Shown here: positions 47,401-55,647 of the stretch, piece after piece
How the letters are laid out: each line of letters opens with the position of its first letter
How positions within the stretch are numbered: the stretch's first letter is position 1
From: an uncultured delta proteobacterium
Lineage (GTDB): Bacteria; Desulfobacterota; Binatia; JACPRU01
Assembly: GCA_963708955.1 (NCBI GenBank)
Contig: CAVPWJ010000057.1
Span: 1 to 56,238 of the forward strand
Direction: 5' to 3'
DNA length: 56,238 nt
The notes under the pieces: generated by a model
What the model was told of the DNA's origin: nothing
What the model saw: only the letters and a program-made list of their open reading frames with translations
Databases searched by the model: none
Made by a program: the position numbers and the translations under genes

Positions 47401-48502
47401 CGACGCGAGCGCTCTCTGGCACGTCGAGCCAAGCGGCATCCCGCCGATCCACTTGCCGCCCGAGCCTGAGCGGCGCTTGCGAGTCTGGCGGCCGTGGCCG
47501 GGCGAGACCGTTACGCTGGCGGTGAGCCGCCCCGAGGGCTTTCCCGGACAGACGCTCACCGTCGATCGCAGCGCCCTGGAGATGAGCCCGGGGCTGCGCG
47601 CGGCGGACGTCACGCTGTCGGTCGAGATCCGCAGCTCGCGCGGCGGACAACACGCGTTCACGCTGCCCGAGAGCGCCGAGCTGCAATCGGTGGCGATCAA
47701 CGGCGCGCCGCAGCCAATTCGCCAGGAGAAGCGCACCGTGACCGTGCCGATCGTCCCCGGCACGCAGGCCATCGGCCTCGTCTGGCGCTCGCCCGAGGGC
47801 ATCGGCAAGCGCCTGCGCTCGCCCGAGCTCGGCATGGGCATGCCGAGCGTCAACGCCGAAACCACGATCCACATGCCGGCCGATCGCTGGACGCTGGCCG
47901 TCGGCGGCGGGCAGTTGGGGCCGGCGGTGCTGTTCTGGGCGCTGCTGTTCGTGGTGCTGCTGGCTTCGCTGGCGCTCGGCCGGGTGCGCTCGACGCCGCT
48001 CGGCGCGGCGCAGTGGTTCCTGCTCGGCGTCGGGCTCACGCAAGCGCCGATCTGGGTGTCGCTGGTCGTCGCCGGCTGGCTGCTCACGCTCGGGTGGCGC
48101 CTCGCGCACGGGGCCGAGGTGAGCGACAACCGCTTCAACCTCCTCCAGGTCGTGCTCGCGCTGTGGACGGCGCTGGCGCTCGCGGGGCTCTTCGTGTCGA
48201 TCGAGCGGGGGCTGCTCGGCCTCCCCGAGATGCAGATCTCCGGCAACGGCTCGACCGCTCACGTGCTGCGCTGGTACCACGACCGGGCGGGTATGGAGCT
48301 GCCGCGCACCTGGGTCGTCTCGGTGCCGCTCTTCGTCTATCGGCTGGCGATGCTCGGCTGGGCGATGTGGATCGCCTGGGCGCTGCTCTCGTGGCTGCGC
48401 TGGGGGTGGGGAGCGTTCAGCGCAGGGGGATTGTGGCGGCCCGAGGCGCGGGCTTGGCGATTGTCGCGGAAGCCCCCACCCGCACTGGCGCCGAAGCCGT
48501 GA
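44417..48502 (+). CDS. Giant envelope protein (1,361 aa), two homologous signal-ectodomain-TM modules, no recognisable domain
   Basis: RBS GGAGGTGG precedes the ATG. Signal peptide is MKHRNFGVLVLGALGFAASTLAG. TM clusters lie at about aa 475-560, 680-705 and 1165-1335. An internal signal-like segment AAVLALAAALCAPLAGA occurs at aa 721-737. Third-position G/C is very high throughout. Confidence 0.8.
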   Translation: MKHRNFGVLVLGALGFAASTLAGPLPREQVPESLRPWVDWVLRGHEEEQCPLLEGAGDRRRCVWPSRLVLELDETSGRFTQQWRVDREDWVPLPGDPTRWPQDVRVDGKPATVVPQGGVPAVRLGKGKHEVVAAFAWDQLPELLPVPPETGLIALTLDGQTVAFPKRDPLGQLWLKSRAGAAVEEARLDVRVDRRVTDEIPLELATRVEIRVSGKSREVLLARALPEGFVAMALDSPLPARAEPDGRLRVQVRAGAWTLVLRARHSGPVAALALAPSDGPWAAEEVWVFEARNSLRLVSVEGVPAIDPQQTQLPGNWRQFPAYAMKPGSVMKLVEKRRGDSEPAPDQLTVRRTWWLDFDGGGYTVRDDLSGSLDQSWRLEMPPPMTLGRVAVGGRDQLITRRSDPSVPGVEIRQGQLQAQADSRLSGAISRVPAVGWSHDFHQVSGVLNLPPGWRLLHASGVDDVSSTWITDWTLLDLFLVLIVVMAAARIWSFAWGAIALAMLVLVYLEPGAPRGLWLALLAAEALIPVLPAGRVLRLVRVYRAAVLVALVMVSIPFMANELRRGMYPGLEIPRPSALRAEAGLGGTAPSRSVLALAPMPQEAMELPQAPQANMRKGGRVGVLAGGAIDRFQSEIEEYGAYDEKAMVSTGPGLPRWQWRTISLGWRGPVESGQQIRLWLLSPAINLVLAFLRVALLAAVLWKSLHGALRAGPAIPAGATAAVLALAAALCAPLAGAADFPPDELLKDLQQRLLEPPECSPSCASSPRLRLEASASALVLRVEIDAAADTAVPLPGGARSWSPAKVIVDGEPAEALARDGNGILWLGVATGKHQIVLEGSLPPLDAVDLPLPLKPHRVEAQVTGWSLGGMREDGLPEDSLHLARARRAQTGAPTLEPGELPAFARLERQLRLGLSWEIDNAIVRLTPAGTSFGVEVPLLAGESVTDPNVRVENGKAVVVLAPGVGEVRWHSILKEAPSITLAAATSAPWAEVWRVDASALWHVEPSGIPPIHLPPEPERRLRVWRPWPGETVTLAVSRPEGFPGQTLTVDRSALEMSPGLRAADVTLSVEIRSSRGGQHAFTLPESAELQSVAINGAPQPIRQEKRTVTVPIVPGTQAIGLVWRSPEGIGKRLRSPELGMGMPSVNAETTIHMPADRWTLAVGGGQLGPAVLFWALLFVVLLASLALGRVRSTPLGAAQWFLLGVGLTQAPIWVSLVVAGWLLTLGWRLAHGAEVSDNRFNLLQVVLALWTALALAGLFVSIERGLLGLPEMQISGNGSTAHVLRWYHDRAGMELPRTWVVSVPLFVYRLAMLGWAMWIAWALLSWLRWGWGAFSAGGLWRPEARAWRLSRKPPPALAPKP

Positions 48503-48572
48503 CCGCGGCGACCGAGGTCGTTGCGCTCCGCGCCGATCTCCGACAGTTTTGAGAATAGTTCGGGAGGATTCG

Positions 48573-48848
48573 ATGCGTCAGATCGCCACCCTCATGCTCG
48601 CTTTGATGCTCGCCCTGGGCACCGGCGCCGCCACCATCGGCTGCTCGAGCCAGACCACCACCACGACTCGCACCGTCCAAGGGCCCGGCGACAGCGGCAC
48701 GGTGGAGCGCGAGACCACCACCACCACCGCCGAGAGCAGCGACGACGGTCCGCACTTCGGTATCCTCAGCGGCACCGTCAAAGCGATCGGTTTCGTCCTC
48801 GCCTTGCCGTTCAAGCTGGTCGGCGGGTTGATCTCTATCATCTTCTGA
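48573..48848 (+). CDS. Small lipoprotein, Thr-rich, hydrophobic C-terminus
   Basis: GGGAGGA precedes the ATG at 48573. MRQIATLMLALMLALGTGAATIGCSS contains the lipobox IGC. A TTTTT-rich linker is followed by the C-terminal GILSGTVKAIGFVLALPFKLVGGLISIIF. Confidence 0.6.
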   Translation: MRQIATLMLALMLALGTGAATIGCSSQTTTTTRTVQGPGDSGTVERETTTTTAESSDDGPHFGILSGTVKAIGFVLALPFKLVGGLISIIF

Positions 48849-48918
48849 TCGTCCGCGGCTCCACGATACGGGTTGCGGAAGCGGTGGAGAACCCTCGGGG
48901 ATCTGCGCGGCCCTGCGA

Positions 48919-49884
48919 TTGCGCGTTTCGAGGATCGACGCTAAACGAGCTCGCTTGCCCCGACCGCTGTCACCGCTGCGAGCGAAGCTCGAGTTTCTCG
49001 GCTTCCGCGTTCCCGTCGAGTTGATCCGCAAGCTCCCCTTTCCCACCGCGTTTCGGCTCGGCGAGCGCCTCGGCAGCGTCGCCTGCGTGCTCGCCCGCCC
49101 GCAGCGGCGGACGGCGATGATCAACCTGAGCATCGCCTTTCCGGAGAAGTCCGACGCCGAGCACCGCGAGATCCTCCGCGAGTCGTACCGCAACTTCGGC
49201 CGCATGGCGGTCGAGTGGTGCCACATGTACCGGCTGACGAAGGACGACATCGCCGAGCGCGTGACGTTCGCTGATCCGGACGTCCGGTACGGCCCCGCGC
49301 AGCACATCATCGGCACGACCGGGATCCTCGTGCTCACCGGACACTTCGGCAACTGGGAGCTCCTCGCCCACGCCATCGGCCTGCACGGCAATCCCGTTCA
49401 CCTCGTCCACCGTCCGTTCCGCAACCCCCTGTTCGACCGCTTCGTCAACGACGAGCGGCAGCGGTCGGGGACCGTGCTGATCTCCAAGCGGCGAGCGGCG
49501 CACCAGATCATCCGCGTGCTGGAAAGCCACGGCATCGTGGCCATCCCGTTCGACCAGAACGCGACCGGGCGCTGGGGCGTGTTCGCGGAGTTCTTCGGAG
49601 TCCCGGCGTCGACCCATCCGGGCCTCGCCCGCCTCCACGAGCTGTCGGGAGCGCCGGTCTACCCGGTGTTCCTGGTGCGCCAGGACCGTTCGCCGCGCCA
49701 CCAGATCGTCATTCGGCCGCGCGTCGAAACCGTGCACACCGGCGACAGCGCAGAGGACGCGATCGAAAACATGCGCCGCTTCAACCGCGCGTTCGAGGAC
49801 ATGGTGCGCGCGCACCCCGACCACTGGATCTGGATGCACAAGCGATGGCGCACCCGGCCGACCGGCGAGCCGCCGATCTATTGA
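48919..49884 (+). CDS. Lysophospholipid / lipid A late acyltransferase family protein (LpxL/HtrB-like)
   Basis: HFGNWELLAH catalytic HX4E-type motif, ..IPFDQNA.., ..HPDHWIWMHKRWR C-terminus. Confidence 0.8.
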   Translation: MRVSRIDAKRARLPRPLSPLRAKLEFLGFRVPVELIRKLPFPTAFRLGERLGSVACVLARPQRRTAMINLSIAFPEKSDAEHREILRESYRNFGRMAVEWCHMYRLTKDDIAERVTFADPDVRYGPAQHIIGTTGILVLTGHFGNWELLAHAIGLHGNPVHLVHRPFRNPLFDRFVNDERQRSGTVLISKRRAAHQIIRVLESHGIVAIPFDQNATGRWGVFAEFFGVPASTHPGLARLHELSGAPVYPVFLVRQDRSPRHQIVIRPRVETVHTGDSAEDAIENMRRFNRAFEDMVRAHPDHWIWMHKRWRTRPTGEPPIY

Positions 49885-49939
49885 CGAGGCAGATATCGAC
49901 TTGCGGCTCGCCTCGCTTCCACAGTAAAAGCGGCGGTCG

Positions 49940-50341
49940 ATGCCGGCGAGGAAGCAAAAGGCGAAGACGAGTGCGTCGGGCGCCAAGCGGCGCCCGACGC
50001 GGCCGGCGAAGACGGCGACGAAAGCTCGAGCCCATCCCGCCGGCGCCGCGCGCAAGAAAGCCGCGCCGCGCCGTGCGCGCCACGACCGTCAGGCCTGGGA
50101 CGCTCTGGAACGGGAAGTGCGCCGCCTGCGCGCGGCCCGGGCCCGGCTCGAGCGCCGCCTGATCGCCGCGGTGCAGGAGATCGGCTCACTGCGCCAGTTC
50201 GAGCAGCGCACGCAGATGCTCGAGGCGGAGCTCGCGCGCCGCGATCAAGAGATCGCCCAGCGGCGACGCGAGGGCGAAGGGCACGGCGGCGAGGTCGAGG
50301 AGCGCCTCGGCGGCACCTCGAACGTCTCCGCGCCTTCGTGA
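49940..50341 (+). CDS. Hypothetical basic N-terminus + coiled-coil protein (133 aa)
   Basis: Lys/Arg/Ala-rich N-terminus (PARKQKAKTSASGAKRRPTRPAKTATKARA). Heptad-like segment is ALEREVRRLRAARARLERRLIAAVQEIGSLRQFEQRTQMLEAELARRDQEIAQRRRE. Nearly all codons end in G/C. Confidence 0.5.
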   Translation: MPARKQKAKTSASGAKRRPTRPAKTATKARAHPAGAARKKAAPRRARHDRQAWDALEREVRRLRAARARLERRLIAAVQEIGSLRQFEQRTQMLEAELARRDQEIAQRRREGEGHGGEVEERLGGTSNVSAPS

Positions 50342-50366
50342 AGCCCCGCGCGGGTCCGCCCCGGAA

Positions 50367-50828
50367 CTAGCGCTGGACTGGCGGCTTCGCTTCCGCCGCC
50401 GCGGCCACCACAGCGGGCGAAGAGACGCCGAGCGTCGGCGGGCGCTTCTCCTCGGTCTTTGCCGCCTCCGCTTTCGCTGGCTCGGGCTTCGCGTCCTTCG
50501 GGGCCATGCGGCACTCGCCTTCGAAGACCGCCCCTTCGTCGATGCGAATTCGCGGGGCGCGGATCAGCCCCTTCACCTTCGCGCTGCTGTGCAGCTCGAG
50601 CCGATCGGTGGCGTGGATCTCTCCGCGCACGATGCCGTGCACGATGATCGTCGGGGCGAAGACGTCGGCTTGGAGGTTCGCGTGCTCGCCGATGGTCACG
50701 ACTCCGGTGCCGGACACTTTCCCCTTCACCTGGCCTTCGAGCTTCACTTCGCCGTTGAGCTCGAGGGTGCCCTCGATCCGGCTGCCGGCGCTGAAGAACG
50801 TGCGGTCGGTCGACAGTGGCTCATTCAT
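50367..50828 (-). CDS. Bactofilin (polymer-forming cytoskeletal protein, DUF583)
   Basis: Beta-helix repeats: IEGTLELNGEVKLEGQVKGKVSGTGVVTIGEHANLQADVFAPTIIVHGIVRGEIHATDRLELHSSAKVKGLIRAPRIRIDEGAVFEGEC. Pro/Ala/Lys-rich tail. Confidence 0.85.
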   Translation of the reverse strand: MNEPLSTDRTFFSAGSRIEGTLELNGEVKLEGQVKGKVSGTGVVTIGEHANLQADVFAPTIIVHGIVRGEIHATDRLELHSSAKVKGLIRAPRIRIDEGAVFEGECRMAPKDAKPEPAKAEAAKTEEKRPPTLGVSSPAVVAAAAEAKPPVQR

Positions 50829-50902
50829 CCGCGAATCCTCCTTCCCTGTCGTATCCGGATCGGCAGATCCGCCCGAGTAACCGTTCGGGTTCGTGGAGTC
50901 AA

Positions 50903-50924
50903 CCCTGGCGGCGCGCCGCCAGGG
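50903..50924. terminator. Perfect palindromic hairpin between the dienelactone hydrolase and bactofilin genes
   Basis: CCCTGGCGG-cgcg-CCGCCAGGG, a 9-bp stem. Confidence 0.4.
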
Positions 50925-51048
50925 TCGTCATGGTACCTGAAGATGCCCCGCCACTGAGGCCGCGCGCAGCCGACTGCCTCGAGCTCGCGGTCCTTCACCT
51001 GCACCTGGCAACGAGCTCCATCGCACGGGGCGAACGGCCGCGGCGCGG

Positions 51049-51783
51049 TCAGCTCTTCAGGTGCTTCTGCAGGAACGCCTTGGTGCGGTCCCAGGCGAGG
51101 GTGGAGGCCGCTTCATTGTAATCGGCGCGCTCGCTACAGGAGAAGCCGTGCCCCGCGTCCTTGTAGACGTGGATCTCGAAGTCTTTCTTCTCGCGCTGCA
51201 GTGCCTCGCGGATCTCCTCGACTGCCGTGAGCGGGATGTAGGGGTCCTTCTCGCCGAAGTGGAGCTGGATCGCCGCCCGCATCTTGGCGGTGAGCGCGAC
51301 GGGCGGACTCGCTCCGGGAGCGAACTGCTGGCCGGCGATGGCGCCGCCGTAGAACGGCACGGCCACGCGAAACGCCGGAACCTCGCACGCGGCGAGGTAC
51401 GTCACGCGCCCACCCATGCAGAAGCCGGTAATGCCGATGCGGTCGGCGCGCACGCCCGAGTCGGCTTCGAGCGCGGCGACCGTGGCGCGCACGTCGGTGA
51501 CGATCTGCGCGTCGGTCAACCCGACCATCAGACCCACGGCGTCCTGCATCTGATCGTAGCCGACGACCTTTCCGCCGACGCGGTAGTAGAAGTTCGGAGC
51601 CACCGCATGGTAGCCCTCGGCGGCGATTCGCTCGGTGATCTGCTTGATGTTGCCGTTCAGGCCGAAGGCTTCTTGGACAACGATGACCGCGGGGACGGGC
51701 CCGACGCCTTTCGGCCGCGCCACGTACGTCGGCATCGTGCCATCGGCGGTCTTCACGCTGGCACTGCGAGTTTCTACATCCAT
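51049..51783 (-). CDS. Dienelactone hydrolase family protein
   Basis: ..PAVIVVQEAFGLNGNIKQITERIAAEGYHAVAPNFYYR.., nucleophile context GITGFCMGG, C-terminal ..YKDAGHGF... Confidence 0.85.
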   Translation of the reverse strand: MDVETRSASVKTADGTMPTYVARPKGVGPVPAVIVVQEAFGLNGNIKQITERIAAEGYHAVAPNFYYRVGGKVVGYDQMQDAVGLMVGLTDAQIVTDVRATVAALEADSGVRADRIGITGFCMGGRVTYLAACEVPAFRVAVPFYGGAIAGQQFAPGASPPVALTAKMRAAIQLHFGEKDPYIPLTAVEEIREALQREKKDFEIHVYKDAGHGFSCSERADYNEAASTLAWDRTKAFLQKHLKS

Positions 51784-51925
51784 GAGCTTTCTCCTCTCAC
51801 CTGTGACACGTCATCTCAAGTTGCGGTTTTGAGCCTACTAGCGCATTTGCGCGGGGACGCCAAGGGATACTCTCGGGGGCCTCCGCGGCGCGCGCGAGCT
51901 GGGCAGGCATCTTCAGACACCACGA

Positions 51926-51953
51926 CGCCCTCGTCAGCGCGCCGACGAGGGCG
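51926..51953 (-). terminator. Intrinsic-terminator-like hairpin after the methyltransferase gene
   Basis: CGCCCTCGTC-agcgcgcc-GACGAGGGCG, a 10-bp perfect stem starting 5 nt after the stop. A partially U-rich stretch follows on the minus strand. Confidence 0.55.
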
Positions 51954-51957
51954 CGAC

Positions 51958-53010
51958 TCACCGCCGTATCTCGTAGATCAAATTGAACGGCGTCTGCGTC
52001 GCTCGACGGAAGTGCGTGAAGCCGGCATGCGCGATGACATCGCGCATGCGCGCCTCTCCCGCCTGCGCCCCTAGCGCGGCGCCGACCTCTTGCGACAACG
52101 ACGCCGGGCAACAGATCAGCGTGGAGGCCGAATAGAAGACCCTGCCGATCGGGTTCAGGTTATCCTCCACGTTGTCGCCCGCGAACGGCTCGACCAGCAT
52201 CCACGTGCCGTCGGCTTGCAGCGACTCGCGGACGTGCCCCGCGGCGCCCACCGGGTCACCCATGTCGTGCAGGCAGTCGAAGAACGCCACGAGGTCGTAC
52301 GTGCCGGGGTAGTCCTTCGCCGACGCGACCTCGAAGCTCACGCGGTCGGCCACGCCCGCCGCCTCGGCGCGCTCGGTGGCGGCGTCGATCGACGGCTTGT
52401 GGTAGTCGAAGCCGCGGAATTCCGACTTGGGGAACGCCTGTGCCATGATGATCGTCGAGGCACCGTGGCCGCAGCCGATGTCGGCGACGGCCGCTCCAGC
52501 CTCGAGCTTGGCGGCGACGCCATCGAGAGACGGAATCCACGAGCCGACCAGGTTCACGTTGTAGCCCGGGCGGAAGAAACGCTCGGTGCCTCGAAAGAGG
52601 TCGGGATCGTGCTCGTGCCAGCCCACGCCCTTGCCGGTGCGGAACCCTTCGATGACCTTCGGCACGCTCCTGACGGAGGCAAGGGCCAACTGGAAGCCGC
52701 CGAGCATGCAGGCCGGGCTCCCCTCGTTGGTGAAGCACTCCGCCTGCTCCTCGCTCAGGAAGTACCGGCGGCTCTTCGCGTCGTAGCCAACGTACCCGGC
52801 CGCAGCCTGCGCCGCGAGCCATTCGCGGACGTAGCGCTCGGCCGTGCCCGTCTTGACGGCAAGCTCTTCGGAAGTGACCGGCCCGCCCTTCATTCCTTTG
52901 TAGAGTCCGAGCTTGTCGCCGACCACGATCAGCGCCGCGCTCAGCGTCGCGCCGAGATCGCCGACTGCCTTGCCCACCAGCTCGTTCAGCTTGTCTGGAT
53001 CGACCGCCAT
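51958..53010 (-). CDS. Class I SAM-dependent methyltransferase with N-terminal winged-helix dimerisation domain (Rv2258c-like)
   Basis: ATG at 53010 (MAVDPDKLNELVGKAV). SAM motif I is VADIGCGHGASTI. ..YDLVAFFDCLHDMGDP.. is also present. Confidence 0.8.
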   Translation of the reverse strand: MAVDPDKLNELVGKAVGDLGATLSAALIVVGDKLGLYKGMKGGPVTSEELAVKTGTAERYVREWLAAQAAAGYVGYDAKSRRYFLSEEQAECFTNEGSPACMLGGFQLALASVRSVPKVIEGFRTGKGVGWHEHDPDLFRGTERFFRPGYNVNLVGSWIPSLDGVAAKLEAGAAVADIGCGHGASTIIMAQAFPKSEFRGFDYHKPSIDAATERAEAAGVADRVSFEVASAKDYPGTYDLVAFFDCLHDMGDPVGAAGHVRESLQADGTWMLVEPFAGDNVEDNLNPIGRVFYSASTLICCPASLSQEVGAALGAQAGEARMRDVIAHAGFTHFRRATQTPFNLIYEIRR

Positions 53011-53044
53011 GGATGAAGTCCTCCCTTGAATCGGTCGTGCCTCG

Positions 53045-53392
53045 TCAACGTCTCCGACCCTCGCCCGAGCTCTCACGGAGATAATCTCCGAGTCTTCCTC
53101 TGGTGTGTTCCGCCTCGTGACAGTCGGCGCAAAGGTTCTCCCAGTTGCTGCCGTCGGTCGGATTGTCGTCGTGGTTGCCGTCCTTGTGATGGACGGTCAG
53201 CAGATAGAGGTTCTTCTCGTCGAACTCGCGCGCACAACGTGCGCAGATCCATCCGTGCAGCGTGAGCGAACGAGCCCGATAGTCTTGCGCCCGCATCCGG
53301 GCCTGCTCCTTCACTTCGCGGATCATCGCGTCGACGTCGGCCGAGGCGGGCGATCGTCGCCGCCGGCCGGGACGGAAGGTGCGCGTCACCAT
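53045..53392 (-). CDS. YajD-like HNH endonuclease-fold protein
   Basis: CARCAREF....LTVHHKDGNHDDNPTDGSNWENLCADCHEAEH is the HNH/zinc-finger signature. Start taken at MVTRTF (53392). Confidence 0.75.
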   Translation of the reverse strand: MVTRTFRPGRRRRSPASADVDAMIREVKEQARMRAQDYRARSLTLHGWICARCAREFDEKNLYLLTVHHKDGNHDDNPTDGSNWENLCADCHEAEHTRGRLGDYLRESSGEGRRR

Positions 53393-53438
53393 GCGCGGAT
53401 TATGGACGATCCCGAGAGAAAAAGGGAGGGATGAAAAT

Positions 53439-53506
53439 GGGGTCAGGTTACGTTCCCCCATCAAGAAGAGGCCGCGTTCTGGATGCCGAAAATGTGATCT
53501 GACCCC
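53439..53506. other. Long-range inverted repeat downstream of argG
   Basis: GGGGTCAG (53439-53446) pairs with CTGACCCC (53499-53506), 52 nt apart. T/A-rich runs follow on both strands. Possible terminator base stem. Confidence 0.25.
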
Positions 53507-53512
53507 TTTTCA

Positions 53513-54727
53513 CTACGGCTTTCGCCCGACGAGCGCGCGCGTCCGCAGGCGGAGCGCGTTCAAGCGGATGAAGCCTTCGGCGTCGGCCTGCCGGTACGCG
53601 GTCGCGTCCTCGAAGCTCGCCACGTCGGCGCGGTACAGGCTGCGCGGCGACTTCCGCCCGGTGACGGCCGCGCTTCCCTTGTAGAGCTTCAAGCGCGCCG
53701 TGCCGGTCACCGCCTTCTGCGGCTCGTCGATCGCCGTTTGCAGCATTTCGCGTTCGGGAGCGAACCAGTAGCCGTAGTAGACGAGCTCGGCGTAGCGGGG
53801 AATCCAGGAGTCGCGCAGGTGCAAGACCTCGCGGTCGAGCGTCAGCGATTCGACCGCGCGGTGCGCGGCGTGCAGGATCGTGCCTCCCGGCGTCTCGTAG
53901 ACGCCGCGCGACTTCATGCCGACGTAGCGGTTCTCGACGAGGTCCACGCGACCGATGCCGTGCTGGCCGCCGAGCTGGTTCAACCGCGCGAGCAACGCGG
54001 CCGGCGACAGCCGCTCGCCGCCGACGGCGACCGGGTTTCCCGCCTCGTACTCGATCTCGATCACCTCGGGCTCGTCCGGCGCCTTCTCGGGAGAGACCGT
54101 GAGCTGGAACATGTCCTCGTAGGGGGCGGTCCAGGGATCCTCGAGGATACCGCCCTCGTAGCTCACGTGCAGGAGGTTCCGATCCGTCGAGTAGGGCTTC
54201 TCGGCGGTCACCGGCACGGGAATGCCGTGACGACTCGCAAACTCGATCATCTTGGTGCGCGAGGTGAGCGCCCAGCGCGAATCGCGCCACGGGGCGATTA
54301 CGCGGATGCCGGGCTCGAGCGCGTAGTAGGCGAGCTCGAAGCGCACCTGGTCGTTACCCTTGCCGGTCGCACCGTGGGCGACGGCGTCGGCACCGGTGCT
54401 GCGTGCGATCTCGATCTGGCGCTGGGCGATCAGCGGCCGCGCGATCGACGTACCGAGCAGATACGCGCCCTCGTAGACGGCGTTGGCGCGGAGCATCGGA
54501 AACACGAAGTCGCGGACGAACTCTTCGCGCAGATCCTCGATGAAGACCTCGGCGGCGCCGGTGCTGCGCGCCTTGCCGTCGACCGGCGCGAGCTCCTCCC
54601 CCTGCCCAAGGTCGGCGCAGAACGCCACCACCTCGCAGCCGTAGGTTTCGATCAACCACTTCAAGATGACCGAGGTGTCGAGGCCGCCGGAATAGGCGAG
54701 CACGACCTTGCGAACGGCGTCCTTCAT
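53513..54727 (-). CDS. argG: Argininosuccinate synthase
   Basis: [25 protein letters not shown].., ..[15 protein letters not shown].., ..[15 protein letters not shown]... ATG at 54727; the longer ORF-track version is an artefactual extension. Confidence 0.95.
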   Translation of the reverse strand: MKDAVRKVVLAYSGGLDTSVILKWLIETYGCEVVAFCADLGQGEELAPVDGKARSTGAAEVFIEDLREEFVRDFVFPMLRANAVYEGAYLLGTSIARPLIAQRQIEIARSTGADAVAHGATGKGNDQVRFELAYYALEPGIRVIAPWRDSRWALTSRTKMIEFASRHGIPVPVTAEKPYSTDRNLLHVSYEGGILEDPWTAPYEDMFQLTVSPEKAPDEPEVIEIEYEAGNPVAVGGERLSPAALLARLNQLGGQHGIGRVDLVENRYVGMKSRGVYETPGGTILHAAHRAVESLTLDREVLHLRDSWIPRYAELVYYGYWFAPEREMLQTAIDEPQKAVTGTARLKLYKGSAAVTGRKSPRSLYRADVASFEDATAYRQADAEGFIRLNALRLRTRALVGRKP

Positions 54728-55647
54728 GTTCGCTTCCTCCGCGATAGCCAGACCATGATCGCCTTCTGCACGTGCAGGCGATTCTCGGCCTGGTCGAGCA
54801 CGACGGATTGCGGGCCGTCCAGCGCCTCGTCGGTGATCTCGTCGCCCCGGTGCGCCGGCAAACAGTGCATGACCAGCGCCCCGCGCGCGGCCAGCGCGAG
54901 GGTCTCGGCGTTGATCTGATAGCCGCGGAACGCCTCGCGCCTGCGCGCTTCCTCGGCCTCCTGGCCCATGCTCGTCCAGACGTCGGTGTAGAGCGCGTTC
55001 GCGTCCCGTACCGCTTTCTCGACGGAGTGCGTGACCGACACCTGCGCACCGGGCGCGCGGCGCGCCGCCGCGACGATCCGCGGATCGGGCTCGTAGCCGC
55101 TCGGACAGGCGAGGCGGAATTCGATGCCGAGCAGGCCAGCGGCCAGCATCCACGAGTGCACCATGTTGTTGCCGTCGCCGACGAACGCGAGCTTCAATCC
55201 GCGCAGCCGCCGGCGCTTCTCGATCAGCGTGAAGCAGTCGGCGAGCACCTGGCAGGGGTGCTCCCAATCGGAGAGCGCGTTGATCACCGGCACCGTGGCG
55301 TTCGCGGCCAAGCCCCGCACGCTGTCGTGGGAGAAGGTGCGCGCGACGATCAGGTCCACCCAGCGGGAGAGGTTGCGGGCGATGTCGCCGATCGACTCGC
55401 GCTCGCCGAGCCGGATGTCGTTCGGCGCGAGGTACACGGCCGTGCCGCCGAGCTGCGCGATGCCGATCTCGAACGTCACCCGCGTGCGCAGGCTCGGCTT
55501 CTCGAAGATCATCGCCATCGCCCGCCCATCGAGGCGCCGGTGCCTGCGTCTCGCCTTGACCGCGGCCTTCAGCGTCTTGGCCAGCGTGAAGATCGCATCG
55601 CAGTCGGCGCGCGACAGATCGCCGATCGACAGGAGGTCGCGCTTCAT
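54724..55647 (-). CDS. argF: Ornithine carbamoyltransferase
   Basis: Carbamoyl-phosphate motif in [15 protein letters not shown]. ..HPCQVLAD.. and [10 protein letters not shown] are present. ATG at 55647, with 4-nt overlaps with argG and argD. Confidence 0.9.
   Translation of the reverse strand: MKRDLLSIGDLSRADCDAIFTLAKTLKAAVKARRRHRRLDGRAMAMIFEKPSLRTRVTFEIGIAQLGGTAVYLAPNDIRLGERESIGDIARNLSRWVDLIVARTFSHDSVRGLAANATVPVINALSDWEHPCQVLADCFTLIEKRRRLRGLKLAFVGDGNNMVHSWMLAAGLLGIEFRLACPSGYEPDPRIVAAARRAPGAQVSVTHSVEKAVRDANALYTDVWTSMGQEAEEARRREAFRGYQINAETLALAARGALVMHCLPAHRGDEITDEALDGPQSVVLDQAENRLHVQKAIMVWLSRRKRT

Noticed and set aside
44570-48552. Multiple 350-450-aa ORFs on both strands overlapping the 1,361-aa gene
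   Set aside because: Arg/Pro-rich off-frame artefacts. Only the 44417 frame has a signal peptide, TM helices and an RBS.
48640-48735. ACC-rich tract that looks like a short tandem repeat
   Set aside because: It is the Thr-rich linker of the small lipoprotein (..SSQTTTTTRT.., ..RETTTTTAES..), not an independent repeat element.
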